From positions 640,696 through 704,695 of the forward strand of contig CAWBPL010000002.1 in NCBI GenBank assembly GCA_963790805.1: a stretch of 64,000 nt of DNA. Direction: 5' to 3'. Made by a program: the position numbers and the translations under genes. The DNA is from Candidatus Gottesmanbacteria bacterium (GTDB lineage: Bacteria; Patescibacteriota; Microgenomatia; UBA10105; UBA927). The notes beneath the pieces were generated by a model. The model was not told where the DNA came from. It saw only the letters and a program-made list of their open reading frames with translations, and did no database searches. This document shows positions 62,678 through 64,000 of the stretch, piece after piece; the stretch's first letter is position 1; each line of letters opens with the position of its first letter.

Positions 62678-64000
62678 ATGGAGAAAACTATGAAAAATGA
62701 AATTCAGGTATTTATTGCGGGAATCGTCCAATCATTGGGGATTAATCCCGCAAGTATTGTCATAGAAGCGCCGGAAAATGCAGAACACGGTGACTATACG
62801 ACGAATGTTGCGATGACGCTCGCGGGGCATCTAAAGGCTCCGCCGATGAAAATAGCTGAAAAAATTGTTGATGCCATCAAAGAATATCAAAAAAAATCAC
62901 CTCTTGAGTGGTTGGATAGGGTAGAGATAGCCCCTCCGGGCTTCATAAACCTGTTTCTCTCCGAAGCTAGTCTCAGCACTGAGCTTGCCGAAGTGCTAAA
63001 AGAAAAAGAGCGCTACGGCCGGACGCGTTATACAGGTATTACACAGTTCGGCGTGCCAAAAAACGGCCAAAAAACGGCTCGTGCCACATCACTAAAAAGT
63101 ACACAAGAACAGAATGGGAAAATACCTGAAAAATCACCCCAAAATCACAGCATAGTTCAGCCTTCAACATTCACGCATGCGGAAAAAACAGCAGAGAAGG
63201 GCAAAATAGCCTTATTCGGGAATAAAAAAACGATCATGGTCGAGTTTGCCCATCCCAATACTCATAAAGCATTTCACATCGGACATCTTCGCAATATCAC
63301 GACAGGCGAAAGCGTCGTCCGATTACTTGAATCGCAGGGATATTGCGTAATTAGAGCGAACTATCAGGGTGATGTGGGCATGCATATTGCTAAGGCATTG
63401 TATGCCCTGTTAAACGTTTCCCCATTTAAAGAGGAAGTATCGAAGGTTACTGGTATAAAAAACCGCGTAGAGTTTTTAGGAAAGGCGTACGCCGCCGGCA
63501 GCAAGGCGTTTGAAGAATCGGAAGATGTAAAGAAAATTATTGGTGATATCAATATAAAAATTTATGCAAAAGATCCTTCCGTCTATCCTGTATATCGTGA
63601 AACACGGCAATGGAGCCTTGATTACTTCGAAACCATTTATAAACTCGTAGGAAGTCACTTTGACCGGTATTATTTTGAAAGTGAAACGTACGAAACGGGA
63701 AAAACGTATGTCTTGGAAGGGTTAAAGAAGGGGATTTTTGAAAAAAGTGATGGAGCAATTATATTCCCCGGTGAAAAATACGGACTTCATAATCGTGTTT
63801 TTGTTAACTCAGAGGGCAACGCGACGTATGAAGGGAAGGATATGGGTCTTGCGCGTCTGCAATTTGATGAGTATAACCCAGAGGTCATTGTTCATTGTGT
63901 GGGACCCGAACAGGCAGGCTACTTTCAGGTGATGTTCAAAGCGCTAGAATATCTTTTTCCCGATACAAAAGGCAGGGAAAAGCATCTCATTTACGGCTGG
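62678..64000 (+). CDS. argS: Arginyl-tRNA synthetase (5' part; continues beyond the window end)
   Basis: The frame is open from ATG 62678 (second ATG at 62690) to the window edge, 441 codons. It is absent from the ORF track because no stop codon lies in the window. The N-terminal Add-1-like region carries GDYTTNVAM. The HIGH motif is AHPNTHKAFHIGHLRN, followed by ANYQGDVGMHIAK. Confidence 0.9.
   Translation, partial: MEKTMKNEIQVFIAGIVQSLGINPASIVIEAPENAEHGDYTTNVAMTLAGHLKAPPMKIAEKIVDAIKEYQKKSPLEWLDRVEIAPPGFINLFLSEASLSTELAEVLKEKERYGRTRYTGITQFGVPKNGQKTARATSLKSTQEQNGKIPEKSPQNHSIVQPSTFTHAEKTAEKGKIALFGNKKTIMVEFAHPNTHKAFHIGHLRNITTGESVVRLLESQGYCVIRANYQGDVGMHIAKALYALLNVSPFKEEVSKVTGIKNRVEFLGKAYAAGSKAFEESEDVKKIIGDINIKIYAKDPSVYPVYRETRQWSLDYFETIYKLVGSHFDRYYFESETYETGKTYVLEGLKKGIFEKSDGAIIFPGEKYGLHNRVFVNSEGNATYEGKDMGLARLQFDEYNPEVIVHCVGPEQAGYFQVMFKALEYLFPDTKGREKHLIYGW

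Overview
This 64-kb window reads like a small, moderately AT-rich bacterial genome. Shine-Dalgarno sites are rare, and many genes have TATAAT-like boxes only a few nt upstream of the start codon. The gene content reminds me of CPR/Patescibacteria (Microgenomates-like): many GT-C membrane proteins, type IV pilins, comEA/comEC and a giant surface protein. That taxonomic call is inference only. Genetic code 11 fits, because TGA terminates many ORFs.

(1) 0.2-44.5 kb is an unusually dense cell-surface glycosylation island. It holds 14 polytopic GT-C-like membrane proteins. These fall into three paralog families, plus one YfhO-type protein and one O-antigen-ligase/TPR protein. It also holds 4 GT2 glycosyltransferases, 4 SAM methyltransferases, 4 SDR epimerase/dehydratases and a Gfo/Idh/MocA oxidoreductase. 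An embedded CDP-hexose pathway comprises rfbF, rfbG and an E1-type rfbH/ddhC. It is accompanied by two thiamine-diphosphate enzymes, a class-I aminotransferase and a HAD phosphatase.

(2) 44.7-54.2 kb carries three type IV pilin-like genes convergent with a 2,576-aa gene. That protein has an integrase-type SAM-like N-terminal domain, one TM helix, about 129 uninterrupted G-X-Y collagen-like triplets, and fibre and LamG-like regions.

(3) 54.2-55.3 kb is a 1.1-kb AT-rich stretch with no ORF.

(4) 55.3-64 kb carries leuS broken by four frame changes, then comEA. comEC follows, split by a single in-frame TGA and carrying an in-frame palindromic-repeat insertion. After it come an unknown protein, a T-box leader and a 5'-partial argS.

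Two non-coding sequence families were found by eye. One is a hairpin-forming palindromic element with 3-4 copies. The other is a roughly 90-nt structured leader-like motif with 2 copies that differ by compensatory base-pair changes. No rRNA, tRNA, CRISPR array, transposase or recombinase catalytic domain was seen.
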